From Macrostomum lignano (lineage: Eukaryota): a stretch of 64,000 nucleotides of DNA. A program made the translations under genes and the position numbers. Positions 1 to 12,542 of the stretch are shown piece after piece; position 1 is the first letter of the stretch, and every line of letters begins with the position of its first letter. The stretch lies in NCBI GenBank assembly GCA_002269645.1, contig NIVC01000606.1:310001-374000 (forward strand). The letters run 5' to 3'. The notes beneath the pieces were generated by a model. The model was given only the letters and a program-made list of their open reading frames with translations. It was not told where the DNA came from and ran no database searches.

Positions 1-1560
1 ACCCTGCCAGCTTCCCCACATCCTGCTCGCCTTCCCTACTCCATGCTACCCTTCCCCACACCCTGCTGTCCTTCCCCACATCCTGCTGGCCTTCCCTACT
101 CCCTGCTACCCTTCCCCACACCCTGCTGTCCTTCCCCATCAATGCAGGCCTTCCTCACTTCCTGCTGGCATTCCCCACACCCTGCCGGCCTTCCCCACAT
201 CCTGCTGGCCTTCCCTACTCCTTGCTACCCTTCCCCACACCCTGCCGGCCTTCCCCACATCCTGCTGGCCTTCCCTACTCCCTGCTACCCTTCCCCACAC
301 CCTGCTGTCCTTCCCCACACCCTGCTTGTCTTCACTACCAATGCAGGCTTTCCCTACTCCTTGCTGTCCTTCCCATACCCTGCTGTCTTTCCCCATACCC
401 TGCTGTCTTTCCCCTACCCTGCTGTCCTTCCCCACACCCTGCCAGCCTTCCTTACTCCTTGCTGGCTTTCCCCACACCCTGCTGGCTTCCTCACATCCTG
501 CTAGACTTCCCCACACCCTGCCAGCTTCCCCACATCCTGCTGGCCTTCCCTACTCCTTGCTACCCTTCCCCACACCCTGCCGGCCTTCCCCACACCCTGC
601 TGGCTTTCCTTACTCCCTGCTACCCTTCCCCACACCCTGCCGGCCTTCCCCACACCCTGCTGGCTTTCCTTACTCCCTGCTACCCTTCCCCACACCCTGC
701 TGTCCTTCCCCACACCCTGCTTGTCTTACACTACCAATGCAGGCTTTCCCTACACCCTGCTGTCCTTCCCCATCAATGCAGGCCTTCCTCACTCCCTGCT
801 GGCATTCCCCACACCCTGCCGGCCTTCCCCACATCCTGCTGGCCTTCCCTACTCCTTGCTACCCTTCCCCACACCCTGCCGGCCTTCCCCACACCCTGCC
901 GGCTTCCCCACTTCCTGCTGGCCTTCCCTACTCCCTGCTACCCTTCCCCACACCCTGCTGTCCTTCCTCACACCCTGCTGTCCTTCCCCACACCCTGCTA
1001 ATCTTCACTACCAATGCAGGCTTTCCCTACACCTTGCTGTCCTTCCCCATCAATGCAGGCCTTTCCCACTCCCTTCTGGCATTCCCTACACCCTGCCGGC
1101 CTTCCCCACATCCTGCTACCCTTCCCCACACCCTGCCGGCCTTCCCCACCCCCTGCCGGCTTCCCCACTTCCTGCTGGCCTTCCCTACTCCCTGCTACCC
1201 TTCCCCACACCCTGCTGTCCTTCCCCACACCCTGCCAGCCTTCCCTACTGCTGGCCTTCCCTATTTCCTGCTACCCTTCCCCACACCCTGCCGGCCTTCC
1301 CCACACCCTGCTGGCCTTCCCCACACCCTGCCTGCTTCCCCTCATCCTGCTAGCCTTCCCTACTCCCTGCTACCCTTCCCCACACCCTGCCAGCCTTCTC
1401 TACTGCTGGCCTTCCCTATTTCCTGCTACCCTTCCCCACACCCTGCTGTCCTTCCCCACACCCTGCCTGCCTTCCCTACTGCTGGCCTTCCCTATTTCCT
1501 GCTACCCTTCCCCACACCCTGCCGGCCTTCCCCATACCCTGCTGTCATTTCCCATACCCT
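1..1560 (+). repeat. C-rich modular minisatellite (about 19-bp modules such as CCTTCCCCACACCCTGCTG), left arm
   Basis: Directly visible tandem modules. They generate spurious P/L/C/H-rich ORFs. Confidence 0.95.
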
Positions 1561-1698
1561 GCCACTCTACCTCTCACAGGCTACCCCTCCCAGACAGCCC
1601 TCCCAGACAGCCCTCCTAGACAGCCCCTCCAGGCTAACCCGACTCTACCCCTCCCAGGCAGCCCTTCCGGGCTTCATCTCCCACTCAACCTCTTCCAG

Positions 1699-1860
1699 AA
1701 GCGGAGGACGATCGCAGGACTGTTTGCTGCCTGCCGCTTCAGCTGCAGTGACCGCCGGCTCAAGCGGAGGACGATCGCAGGACTGTCTGCTGCCTGCCGC
1801 TTCGGCTGCAGTGACCGCCGGCTCAAGCGGAGGACGATCGCTGCTCCGCGTGCTATCATC
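1699..1860 (+). repeat. 63-bp tandem repeat, about 2.5 copies (AAGCGGAGGACGATCGCAGGACTG...GCCGGCTC)
   Basis: Counted unit length is 63 nt. An inverted copy lies at 6583-6822. Confidence 0.9.
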
Positions 1861-3469
1861 TACTAGTGTTGTGAGTGCTAAGGGCGATCGAAGGACTAAT
1901 GAAGAAGCATATTATCCGATTTCTTTTAGAGGAGATCTATGCCAGTTATTTATCTTCTCGTTTAATTAGCAGTGAGGAAAAAAGGACGACTATTATATGC
2001 TGCCGCTTATACACTCTACAATATCATCAGCAGAATACGTTAAATGAGGTCGTTTGAAACAAGAGTACGTAGATGGTAAGATGGCATGTATTTAGCTTCT
2101 TCCTAGTGAAATCAGTGAATTGTGTTGGTCGCTTACAGAACCTATTCAGCTTCTCCGCTCATAGTCACTCCAGCATCAAGTGCTAACAATGCAGATTAGC
2201 TATGAACTGTATTGGAATGCTTTGCATCATGCATTTGCATTTTAAATACAAGGACTTTTTCTCTCGTTCATTGGCAGGTATCGAGATGAGACAAAGCAAT
2301 GTGCATTATGCTGCTGCCTATTCATAGGACGCAGAGTGCACGCAGGATCCTCTGAGGTGAAAGAAGACGACGGTGACGACTACGACATGTATGACTATTC
2401 AGCCACATTGGACAGAAATTAGCTGTTAGCCGACGTAGCCGTATAAATGTTTGGTCACACTTCTCTGTGCCCGTGGCGTATGCAACATTTAATCCATGAC
2501 CTCTTTGCAATATTGCACTACCATCAAACGCTGACGCTCTTTTTCTCGCTCTGTAATGCTGTAACCAGTTTTTTGTCCCCCCCTTGTCGAGTTTGAGAGA
2601 ACTATGCAGCGCATTTTTTCGACAAGAGTTTTTCATTGTCTTTTGTCAATGTGCAGTTTTACGAGTACATGTATATACTTAACTGAGTATTGTAAACATG
2701 TGCCTCTAAAATAAAAGAGACTTCACTGCTTTTAACTATGCTTTTTACGATAATTCGCTCTGTCATGTCCTGAAACATTCCTATTTTATCGAATTCTCTT
2801 TTGATGATGACACAAATATGGTCACAAAGAATAGTGGGAGGTAGAGCCATATGGCGAGAGGTATAAAGTGATTTTACATGATTTTACATGATTTTACGAG
2901 AGGTATGATTTTACATTACAGTAGTCTCAATAGTTTATCTGCCCCTATTGGCCTCCCTTTCTCCTTCTCGCCCTCTGTCTCTGCAGCACCTGTTGGTTAA
3001 AAATTAGAGGAAAGCTCGGCAAGAAAAGCCTCTGTGGAAAAGTCTCGTGCTCTCATAGCCTGACATCCTGCCACTTTTTAAATAGCCATGACTTTCCTGG
3101 TACATGGACATTTACATACGTAAGTTGTTTCCATCGGATTGAGACATGATTTATAACTAGTATAGGTATATTAGTAATAGTAAATTCAGTCAGTCTTATC
3201 ATATACGAGCAGTGGCGGATCTAGAATTTCATTTTGGGAGGGGGCGGTCCAAGTTTAGGAGGCCAACATGAGTAATGAGGGGCACCTATTATGAGGGGGT
3301 GCAAAAATGCTGTACTGCTGAAAATAACGAACGGGAAACACGGATTGCATGTTATTAATTTAAATACGTACGAGTATTTGATTTGAGAAGCACAATATAT
3401 CGGGAAAAGTTTTGCCTTCTCTGTGACGTGCTTGGCAAGTGCACATGCACTAGCTACATGGGGGGGGGG

Positions 3470-3798
3470 TTCATAAGACCGAAATTTCACAACGCCGAAA
3501 CCATACTTCACAAGACCGATACTTCATAAGACCGAAATTTCACAACGCCGAAAGCTCAAAATGCAGGGCACTTCACAAGACAGAAACTTCATAAGACCGA
3601 AGTTTCACAACCCCAAAGCTTAAAATACTGGGCCCTTCACAAGACTTGCGAACTTGCTGCCTTTTTTGCTGCCTCGTCGTTACCACGAAATACTTTTATT
3701 TGTAGTAACGAAGTTTGAACTTATGAAGTTTCGGTCTTGTGAAGTATGGTGTTTCGGCGTTGTGAAATTTCGGTCTTATGAAGTTTCGGTCTTGTGAA
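3470..3798. mobile_element. Small hairpin/MITE-like element with about 62-bp inverted arms and subterminal TTCATAAGACCGAAA-type repeats
   Basis: 3470-3531 (TTCATAAGACCGAAATTTCACAACGCCGAAACCATACTTCACAAGACCG...) is the near-perfect reverse complement of 3720-3782. No clear TSD. Confidence 0.6.
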
Positions 3799-3837
3799 GG
3801 ATCGTGCAGCAGTTTTTGGCGTTTTCGTCGTTCGGCG

Positions 3838-5257
3838 GAGTTTTAACAAAAGCTCTCAGCCAATCGGAAAATTCAGCGTGCGTTATAACAAATCGGCCGC
3901 GTGAGAGCTATAAAAGGCGGCAACTCTAACTGCGCTCGAAATATCTCCCGGTTTTTGTCCTTGCCAAGGCCTGGGGCGCTCAACTTGGCCTGATACTGCC
4001 TTCTGGCTCTTCCCCCTACGGTCCTGCCGATCTGATCCTCCTTCCCCCGGCAGTTTCGTCTTCAAAAGCTAAGTTCCCCCTGAGAAGCATCATCAATATC
4101 TCCCGGCAGTGATCTAAGAGTAGCAACGACAACCGGCAAGTGAGGAGCAACAGCGTCGCGCGTCAGTTAAGATCAGCAGCAGCATACCATCTGAGTGTTT
4201 CGGTCTCTGTGGATTCCTTGGCTACCGGCAGATAGGTCCTCCGATTAGTTGGGTGAGAGGCTCTTTTGACCTGCTTAACTGGGTGCACCCTTTGTCTAAC
4301 CCCTTCCTAGGTAGTCTGATAGGATTTGCACTTTTGCTTACTTGCTTTTGTGTGCCAATCTCGAGGCAGAAGTGTTAGTTAATATTAAAAGTAGCCATTT
4401 GCTCTAACTCAATCTAAAGTGTTTAGGATTGCGGATTAAGTGAGAAAGTTAAATCTGGAAGTTAAAGACTTGGCGTTTTCTTTATTTTTCGCAACGCCAG
4501 CTGAGATGAGCAGCTAAATCTAGAGGCAGAGGTCACAGTGGACCGGAAGCGGCACAGTTCCCAGTCAATCAGTCGATCTAAGAAATCATTATGTTAAGCA
4601 TGCAAATTAAGTGCCAGACTGGCGCTTTCGCACTGTCTCAGGCAGCTAAGCGGCTAAAACGAGATAAATATTAGTCTGAAGGTCTCCAAAAGTGACAATA
4701 CATCTACATCATCGCTATCTGTCGACGTGTTAACGCACATTTAGTTCCAAAAGCGTGCAGTTACGTGTACTTATACATGTACTTCTGGGAATTTGGTAAT
4801 GAAATAGTACATTTGGTAGTGTATAAAGGCTCGCCAGTGCAAGAACCCCCTGCAAAAGTCCTCTGTCCCTGCATGGCCAATGCGATCTTAGTCCCAGCAG
4901 CGTCCGTTCTATTCGGCTATGACTTCGAGATTTAGACAGCTAAAAGACTAGATGGCAGGTAAGTGCAGTGCCCCTCTAGTCGGAAGTCCGATTTCGATAG
5001 CTCCGGTTTGGTGAGCCGGGGCGCACGGACTGGTGGCAGCGGGTTAGTTAATCTGCGGATTAGCTAATCTCTACCTTTCAAATTCTCCCTGCTTGTCTCT
5101 CGCTGTCTTCTCCTAGCTATAGGACCTTGCTGCTCGCCCACAATCTGGCTACCATGGGGCTGACCATCTGACAGGAGTGAGAGGCCAGAGTTCTAAGTGA
5201 TTCATTTCCGAATTCTGAGGCCCGAAGCTATATAGGCTTAGAAAGGCCGAACCCATC
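3838..5257 (+). repeat. Dispersed repeat, copy 1 (about 1.4 kb; CCAAT + TATA + splice donor; family unassigned)
   Basis: Collinear reverse-complement match to 43470-45463. CCAAT at 3860, TATAAAA at 3909, GGCAG|GTAAGT donor at 4959. Confidence 0.85.
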
Positions 5258-5418
5258 AAATTGAAGAGAATGTCAGTTTTGATGAGCTACAGGTAAGTTT
5301 ATCCCTTGCTCGAATTTCTACCGAGGAAAAAGCCTCTATTTACTACATAAGTGGCTACGTTTACACACAAGCCTTCCTTAGGCTCAACCTCAGGGATCTT
5401 AAGAGCATTTACATGTAC

Positions 5419-5575
5419 ATGGGCCCTCTCCGGGCATGCATGGCTGCTTCTCTCGCCACCGCTTCCTTCAGGGCCAGGTACTTGAGGAGCCGTGCGCGGT
5501 GCCCCAAGCTTTTCTGCCGCTCAACAGGCAGTAAAAATGCAGAACAATTTATCTGCCACTACCCGGTCTTCACCA
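5419..5575 (+). pseudogene. Degenerate fragment of the C-terminal cysteine-knuckle region of an RNase H-bearing non-LTR retrotransposon
   Basis: Nucleotide match to about 61955-62095 (GCCCTCTCCGGGCATG...GCTGCTTCTCTCGCCACCGCTTC...GGCCAGGTAC) with indels. Confidence 0.7.
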
Positions 5576-6582
5576 CTCACTCACCCCGGCCCAACTCTCC
5601 GACGCTTGCAGGCCCGAGAGCATATCGATGCTCACCCGGTACCGCGCTGCAAGCGAGACCGACGCCCCCGGAGGGACATCACTTCGATGGAAGTCATTCA
5701 TGGTCGCCAGAGGCTAGCGGAATTGGGCGGTCTTCTTCGCCTCCTGATTGCTGCATCCGCCGGATGATCTCCTCTGCAGCTAGGTCAAACATACTCGTGT
5801 GCATACTGGCACTAATCCATGATTGAACATACATGTAGGTGAAATACTTGCGTGAGTTGCGTCAGTGTCAATACGCTCTTGCTCCAAAATACTTGAGCTC
5901 TTGTGCTAATCTCCATTCTAGCCGTGCTTGCTTTTGCTAGTGCGAGCTTGTTCATGCAACCCAATTTTGGTGCTATTTTTAAGCCTAGCTTACTTGAGGT
6001 AGCAAATTAGCCAGACTATGTGGATAGTTTGCCATTAGCTAAGGATAGTTTAACATTCTGAGCAGGATGAGAGACTTTTCAGGCCGCCGCGATCCGAAAT
6101 TCAAACCGCGACTTGCAGTCTGGTCATTTCTTTTGCACGAACGAAATTTCTCAAATAAGTGTAACACAAAGTGAAAAAATTAGAAAACTACTTGGACGAT
6201 TTGACCTTTCAAAACTGCACTAAAATGCGTGGCGCAACAGCCAAATTACCGGGTGACATCGGTCGAGAAAAAAGCTTTTTTATTTGTTATTCGGACAAAA
6301 AATAATTATAGCTCTCAATAAACGCAAAGGTAATGTGCCGCTTGGATAGAAAAACTTTATGCAGCTACGCAAAAACAACTGAAGTAATGCGCGCAACATA
6401 GAGCTGCCCGCAAAAACTTCAGCTACACAGCAACTACAAACCGCTGGTACAGGACTGCGCATCGCCAGGGTGTGAGTCCCACGAACACGCATCACTTCAG
6501 ACAATCGTTCAGGAAATAAACATAGTTATTAAATAACCCTCACTTTGCCACTGTTCGTTAAGGTCGAAACGGAACCGGACTG

Positions 6583-8400
6583 GATGATAGCACGCGGAGC
6601 AGCGATCGTCCTCCGCTTGAGCCGGCGGTCACTGCAGCCGAAGCGGCAGGCAGCAGACAGTCCTGCGATCGTCCTCCGCTTGAGCCGGCGGTCACTGCAG
6701 CAAGCGGCAGGCAGCAGACAGTCCTGCGATCGTCCTCCGCTTGAGCCGGCGGTCACTGCAGCAAGCGGCAGGCAGCAGACAGTCCTGCGATCGTCCTCCG
6801 TTTGAGCCGGCGGTCACTGCAGCAATCTGCAGTGTGGGGACTGCAGTCCCCACATCCCCACTGGTGTGGGGAAGGGTAGCAGGAAATAGGGAAGGCCAGC
6901 AGTAGAGAAGGCTGGCAGGGTGTGGGGAAGGGTAGCAGGGAGTAGGGAAGTCCAGCAGGAAGTGGGGAAGCCGGCAGGGTGTGGGGAAGGGTAGCAGGGA
7001 GTAGGGAAGGCCAGCAGGAAGTGGGGAAGCCGGCAGGGTGTGGGGAAGGCCGGCAGGGTGTGGGGAAGGGTAGCAGGAAAAAGGGAAGGCCAGCAGTAGG
7101 GAAGGCTGACAGGGTGTGGGGAAGCCGGCAGGGTGTGGGGAAGGCCGGCAGGGTGTGGGGAAGGGTAGCAGGAAATAGGGAAGGCCAGCAGTAGGGAAGG
7201 CAGGCAGGGTGTGGGGAAGGACAGCAGGGTGTGGGGAATGCCAGCAGGGAGTGAGGAAGGCCTGCATTGATGGGAAGGACAGCAGGGTGTGGGGAAGGGT
7301 AGCAGGGAGTAGGGAAGGCCAGCAGGATGTGGGGAAGGACAGCAGGGTGTGGGGAAGGGTAGCAGGGAGTAAGGAAAGCCAGCAGGGTGTGCGGAAGGCC
7401 GGCAGGGTGTGGGGAAGGGTAGCAAGGAGTAGGGAAGGCCAGCAGGATGTGGGGAAGCTGGCAGGGTGTGGGGAAGTCTAGCAGGATGTGAGGAAGCCAG
7501 CAGGGTGTGGGGAAAGCCAGCAAGGAGTAAGGAAGGCTGGCAGGGTGTGGGGAAGGACAGCAGGGTAGGGGAAAGACAGCAGGGTATGGGGAAGGACAGC
7601 AGGGTGTAGGGAAAGCCTGCATTGGTAGTGAAGACAAGCAGGGTGTGGGGAAGGACAGCAGGGTGTGGGGAAGGGTAGCAGGGAGTAGGGAAGGCCAGCA
7701 GGATGTGGGGAAGGCCGGCAGGGTGTGGGGAAGGGTAGCAAGGAGTAGGGAAGGCCAGCAGGATGTGGGGAAGGCCGGCAGGGTGTGGGGAATGCCAGCA
7801 GGGAGTGAGGAAGGCCTGCATTGATGGGGAAGGACAGCAGGGTGTGGGGAAGGGTAGCAGGGAGTAGGGAAGGCCAGCAGGATGTGGGGAAGGACAGCAG
7901 GGTGTGGGGAAGGGTAGCATGGAGTAGGGAAGGCGAGCAGGATGTGGGGAAGCTGGCAGGGTGTGGGGAAGCTGGCAGGGTGTGGGGAAGCTGGCAGGGT
8001 GTGGGGAAATCTAGCAAGGAGTAAGGAAGGCTGGCAAGGGTGTGGGGAAGGACAGCAGGGTAGGGGAAAGACAGCAGGGTATGGGGAAAGACAGTAGGGT
8101 GTGGGGAAGGCTAGCAGGATATGGGAAAAGCCAGCAAGGTATGGCCATGTGGGAAGGCCAACAATATACAATGAAGGCCAAGCAGGATACATTGAAGAGC
8201 AGCAAGGTTTGTGAAAGACAGCAGGGTATGGAAAAGGCCCATAAAAGACAATGAAGGGCAGTAAGGTATGGGAAAGGCTTGTATTGATAAGAAAAGGTAG
8301 CAAGTGTTGTAGGAAGGCCATCAGGGTAAGGTATGGTAAAGCAAGGGCAGTAGGGTGTAACCATGTAGGGAAGGCTAGCAGGTTATGGGGAAAGGGAAGG
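6583..8400 (-). repeat. Right arm: about 4 copies of the 63/59-bp unit (6583-6822), then the G-rich minisatellite (about 6860-8100) decaying to about 8400
   Basis: Reverse complement of the repeats at 1-1860. Confidence 0.92.
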
Positions 8401-9359
8401 TTAAAAAAAATATAGAACCTCTAAATACTAAATACTAATTTCAGGCTCAACCTATAACATAAAATAGTAGAATAGAACCCAATTTATCAATAAAATAAAA
8501 AATAAAAAATACATCCATTTATGGAATATATATAATAGGCTATTAGTATAGTATATTAGAACCCTAAATTATGGTTGTTCAATATATCTATCAATATAGA
8601 GCTAGCTTTACTAAATAGTTTCTCTCCTAAACTCAGGATTCAGGGTTCAGAAAAAAGAATATTGAATATATAGCCCTAGGCCTAGCTTAGTCACACAGTT
8701 ATTGCATTCAGTTACAAAATTGTGCATAGGCCTAGCTACAAACTGAAACTGAGCGCCATCCAAGTTCACTTATTGAACTTTAAGTCGAGTCGTATTGTTC
8801 TCCTCCTGTTCTAATATTAATTCGCTGGGCCTATTAATATTGTGGAAATAATAAACAGCTAGTACTTAGTAGGCCTACATAAAATAATGTTAAATGTTAA
8901 CACTTACACTTGTAAGTTGTAACTAAGTCATCCTGACCTAATATTTATCTAGCATTCTAGTGACACTAAAATACTGTACTAGAGAATAGTAGCGTAGTAG
9001 GTTAGTAAAATCGCTAGGCCTACTTTGCATTAGTGAACTAAAAAATAAGCAGAAACGTCTGTTCAAATTTGTGCCATATTTGGCCCTTGTGCGCATAAAA
9101 AAGGCGGTCTATAGCATGCTACTGTATCATATAGCATGATACGGACTGCCTTATAGGCGGTTTTTGCCGTGTTCTATACCGCCTAACGTGTATATACGGC
9201 TGAAAAATATTAATAAAATTTAATAATGAAAACGAAAATATAAAAAATAATAACAATATTTATAATATTAATTAAAGATATTTATTCCATTACTCGTACA
9301 ACAAATATTTTTCTTTGCAATCAAATACTGCGTTGACAAAAAATGTTATAATGTGTAGC

Positions 9360-9382
9360 GGTTCGGGGCGGGGCGGTGCGTG
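9360..9382 (+). promoter_or_regulatory. Tandem GC boxes upstream of the MAP1-family start codon
   Basis: GGGGCGGGGCGG in otherwise AT-rich DNA about 350 bp upstream of ATG 9728. Motif only. Confidence 0.3.
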
Positions 9383-9727
9383 TTTTAGGGAGACCCTAAT
9401 TCTATAATTTAATTTATCAACGCTTTCCTGTCGACTGACGACTTCTTGTTCTTGTGCTAGCCAGCCTTGTAGCAGTCCATAAGTCTGTATAGCCCAGAAC
9501 GACAGTAATAGCAATAGGAACAGAAAGACTGCATTTGTGAGCTGCGGCAGTTGGTATTTCGTTAGTTGTAAAGTGTAAGTTATACCTGATTTTTAATTTC
9601 AAATCGGTGCATCCCGTCCAGGACCAGGCCGTCCTCTGTTCATTGGAATTAACAGAAGTGTTCCTGCGATACGTTAATCTGTGTTCTGCATTCACCTTCT
9701 TTTAAATTACTATTATTACATTGTAAA

Positions 9728-12446
9728 ATGGCAGCTACTTCCTGTCTGTTTCTGATAACTGGTGAATGTCTTACAGACGATGATATTGGACCCTTGTCTG
9801 AATTAATTATACTAGGTAAGGTGATACAACTTTGCTTTTCAGCTTAAAATTCTTTGTTAATTGGCCTTGGTTTGAGTATATTTTATTTTCTAGGAATGGA
9901 TTGTTTCTATTATAATGTTGACATCAAAATCAAAGTTAGACCTAGGGCCAATGCCTACTAAGCTTAAAAATTAGAAAATTAGAAATTCAAATCAAATGTT
10001 CATTTATCAATGTTGTTTAGTAGACTTGTATGTATACTATATTTCAACATTTAGGTCTAGATATATTAATTGAATTTAATATTATACATGTTTATTAATT
10101 CAACGTACCAAATAAATAATTGAATAGGCTCTAGTCAAAAGATTGATAGTTATTTTGTCTGCTGCCAATTCATCTGCTATTCTTTTGTCTAGAAAAATAT
10201 GATGCATTCATTTTGTTTGCTACATAATATTAAATATAACATCAGTATTTATTGTATATATAATAATATTAAAATTAAGAAAATTGAATGCCATATATAG
10301 AATGCCAACCACTAAAGGAATGCATAAGGCAAAAGTGAAACTGATTTCATTGCAAAGCAGGTCATTCTCTTTTGGCCTTAGACAAATATTTCCCTCAAAA
10401 AGCAAATGCATATGCAACAATTCTCTCAATAATCTATTTTGAGCTTAGTAAAGTCATCAACATTATATGGCTATACAACTATAGTGTAACTTTTGTTTAT
10501 AATGAACATACATGTGCAACCTCCAAAATTCGGTCAGCCGTGCGACTTAGTTTTAACAAAAATGCGACGTAGTTTTTGGCCAAAAATGCGACTTACATTT
10601 AAAAAAACCCGAAAGCAAAATTAACGCAACTTTGGGTAAACGGCAGGAGTAACTATGACTGTTTTATTAAGCTAAAATGCCTCGTCAGCTACTTAGTACT
10701 ACTCTTTAGGTTATTTTTGGGTGGGCATTTTTGCGACTTCCTTGATTGGCCGCCAAATCGGTCGGCCGGATCGGCCGACTCGGCCGACTGTTGCGCATGT
10801 ATGATAATGAATAAATTTTGCAATCGGGATATCAATGTATTCATCATTAGATAAGGCCTAGGCTTATATTAATGCTAATAATAGTGAGCCAATTTTATTT
10901 AACCCAAGAATTGCAATTGCAAATTTAGCCTTCAATATATATTTATACTATCTAGTCTAAATTTGTCAAAAATATTAACAAATGTTCAAATTTTATATTA
11001 TATTTTTTTTCAATTTAAAATATTGCAATCAACAAAATTACACATACAAAAAGTAATATCTCAATGTAAATTTTTGAATGATTCAAAATATATTTTTATA
11101 GAAAATTAGCTTTATATAAGTTTTGTAACTGATTTTATTCTTTTTTAAAGTCATTTTATCTGCTAGCAGACAAAAAAGTGGCAAACAAAATGACTATAGA
11201 CCATCAAAAGTAGGAAATGATAATACTTATTCCTAATTTATATTTTGAATTAAAGCCTAATATGAAGTCTATTATTAAATAATATAGGCTATACTTAAAA
11301 ATTTATAAACTCCAAATTTCTCACAACTATATAATATTATATAGGATACTAGTTGTTTCAGTGACAAGTCTTTTAAACAAGAGAAATTTTAGTAACAAAT
11401 AGTTATAAGTTGAAGGTCCAAGCAAAGAGTTTGATTCTCTTGACTCCATCTACTTAGAATGGTTTGTATCTTTGAACAAAAAAATGACTCTATATTGCTT
11501 TAGTTCACGCAGCTATAAAATGAATATGGGTCAATATTAGCTAAGATAATTAAGGATATTATATGGCAACCCTCTTAGTTCTTAGACTAAATAGCCATAT
11601 ATAGCTTTTAGATATACTATGCAATAGCTTTACCTAAACTACTATTTATTGCACATCTTCTTATGGTAATGATTAGGCTTAGTATAATCAATTATTATTA
11701 TTATTTGTCAAGTATTTCTATAGTTTAACCCATTACTTATTAACAGTGTTTTAGTTAGTACAAGCTGTTGAAACCCGCGGATTTTGAACCCGGGGAATTC
11801 CAATACCCGGAACTACTTTTGCATGTATTCTGAAATCTAAGGCCATACACAAACAAAAACTTGTTAATAGTTAGTAGGATAGAGGTAGACATAAAATGGA
11901 GCACATTCGTGTAAAATTAGGGTTTGAGACATTGTTGGCTGGGGTACTGCGCAGAATGTCAGGCAATGTCTGTCTGACTCTAAAACATATATTGCTAAAC
12001 TCTGGTCTCTCCCTGACTCTCCCTACGTCCCTTGGATCCTTTAAAATTTCTATCGTCTCTTTGTTTCCTCTCATCTTTCTCGTCCCTCGTCTCTCCTCTC
12101 TGAGGCTCTCTCCTCTCTCCTCTCTCCCCTCTTCTCTCGTATCTTCCCTCATCTCTCTTCTCTTTCATCTCTCTTATCTCATCTCTTGTCTCTTCTTTTC
12201 TCTCTCCTCTCCTCTCTCCTCTCCTCTCTCCCCCTCTCCTCTCTCCTCTCACCCCCTCTTCTCTCTTATCTTCCTTCTCCTTTCTATTCTTTTCTCTCTT
12301 CTCTTAACTCTCTCCTCTACTCTCTCATCTCTCCCCTCTTCTCTCGTCTCTTCCCACACCTCTTTTCTCTCTCGTCTTTGCTCTCTCATCTTTCCTTTCT
12401 CTTCTTTTATCTTTTCTCTCTTATCTCTTCTCATTTCTCTCTGCTC

Positions 12447-12542
<96 letters not shown>

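Larger units (their letters stand above)
1..8400. mobile_element. Foldback-like element: long modular inverted arms (left 1-1860, cut by window start; right 6583 to about 8400) flanking a 4722-bp spacer (1861-6582)
   Basis: The left arm ends ...GATCGCTGCTCCGCGTGCTATCATC at 1860 and the right arm starts with its reverse complement GATGATAGCACGCGGAGCAGCGATC at 6583. Both arms carry the same 63-bp repeat and the same C-rich minisatellite in inverted orientation. ORFs 43..504(+) and 6814..7920(-) translate almost identically, so the order of repeat variants is mirrored. A TSD cannot be checked because the left end is outside the window. Confidence 0.65.

Noticed and set aside
2322-2850. Two minus-strand ORFs in the foldback spacer as a possible NOF-like gene
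   Set aside because: No recognisable motif and no convincing splice model. A profile search would be needed.
3210-3225. CAGTGGCGGATCTAG as a MITE left end
   Set aside because: No matching right TIR or TSD found nearby.
43-8364. Long P/L/C/H-rich and G/R/W-rich ORFs (up to 547 aa)
   Set aside because: Read-through of minisatellite arms, open in several frames on both strands, with no domain signal or splice context.
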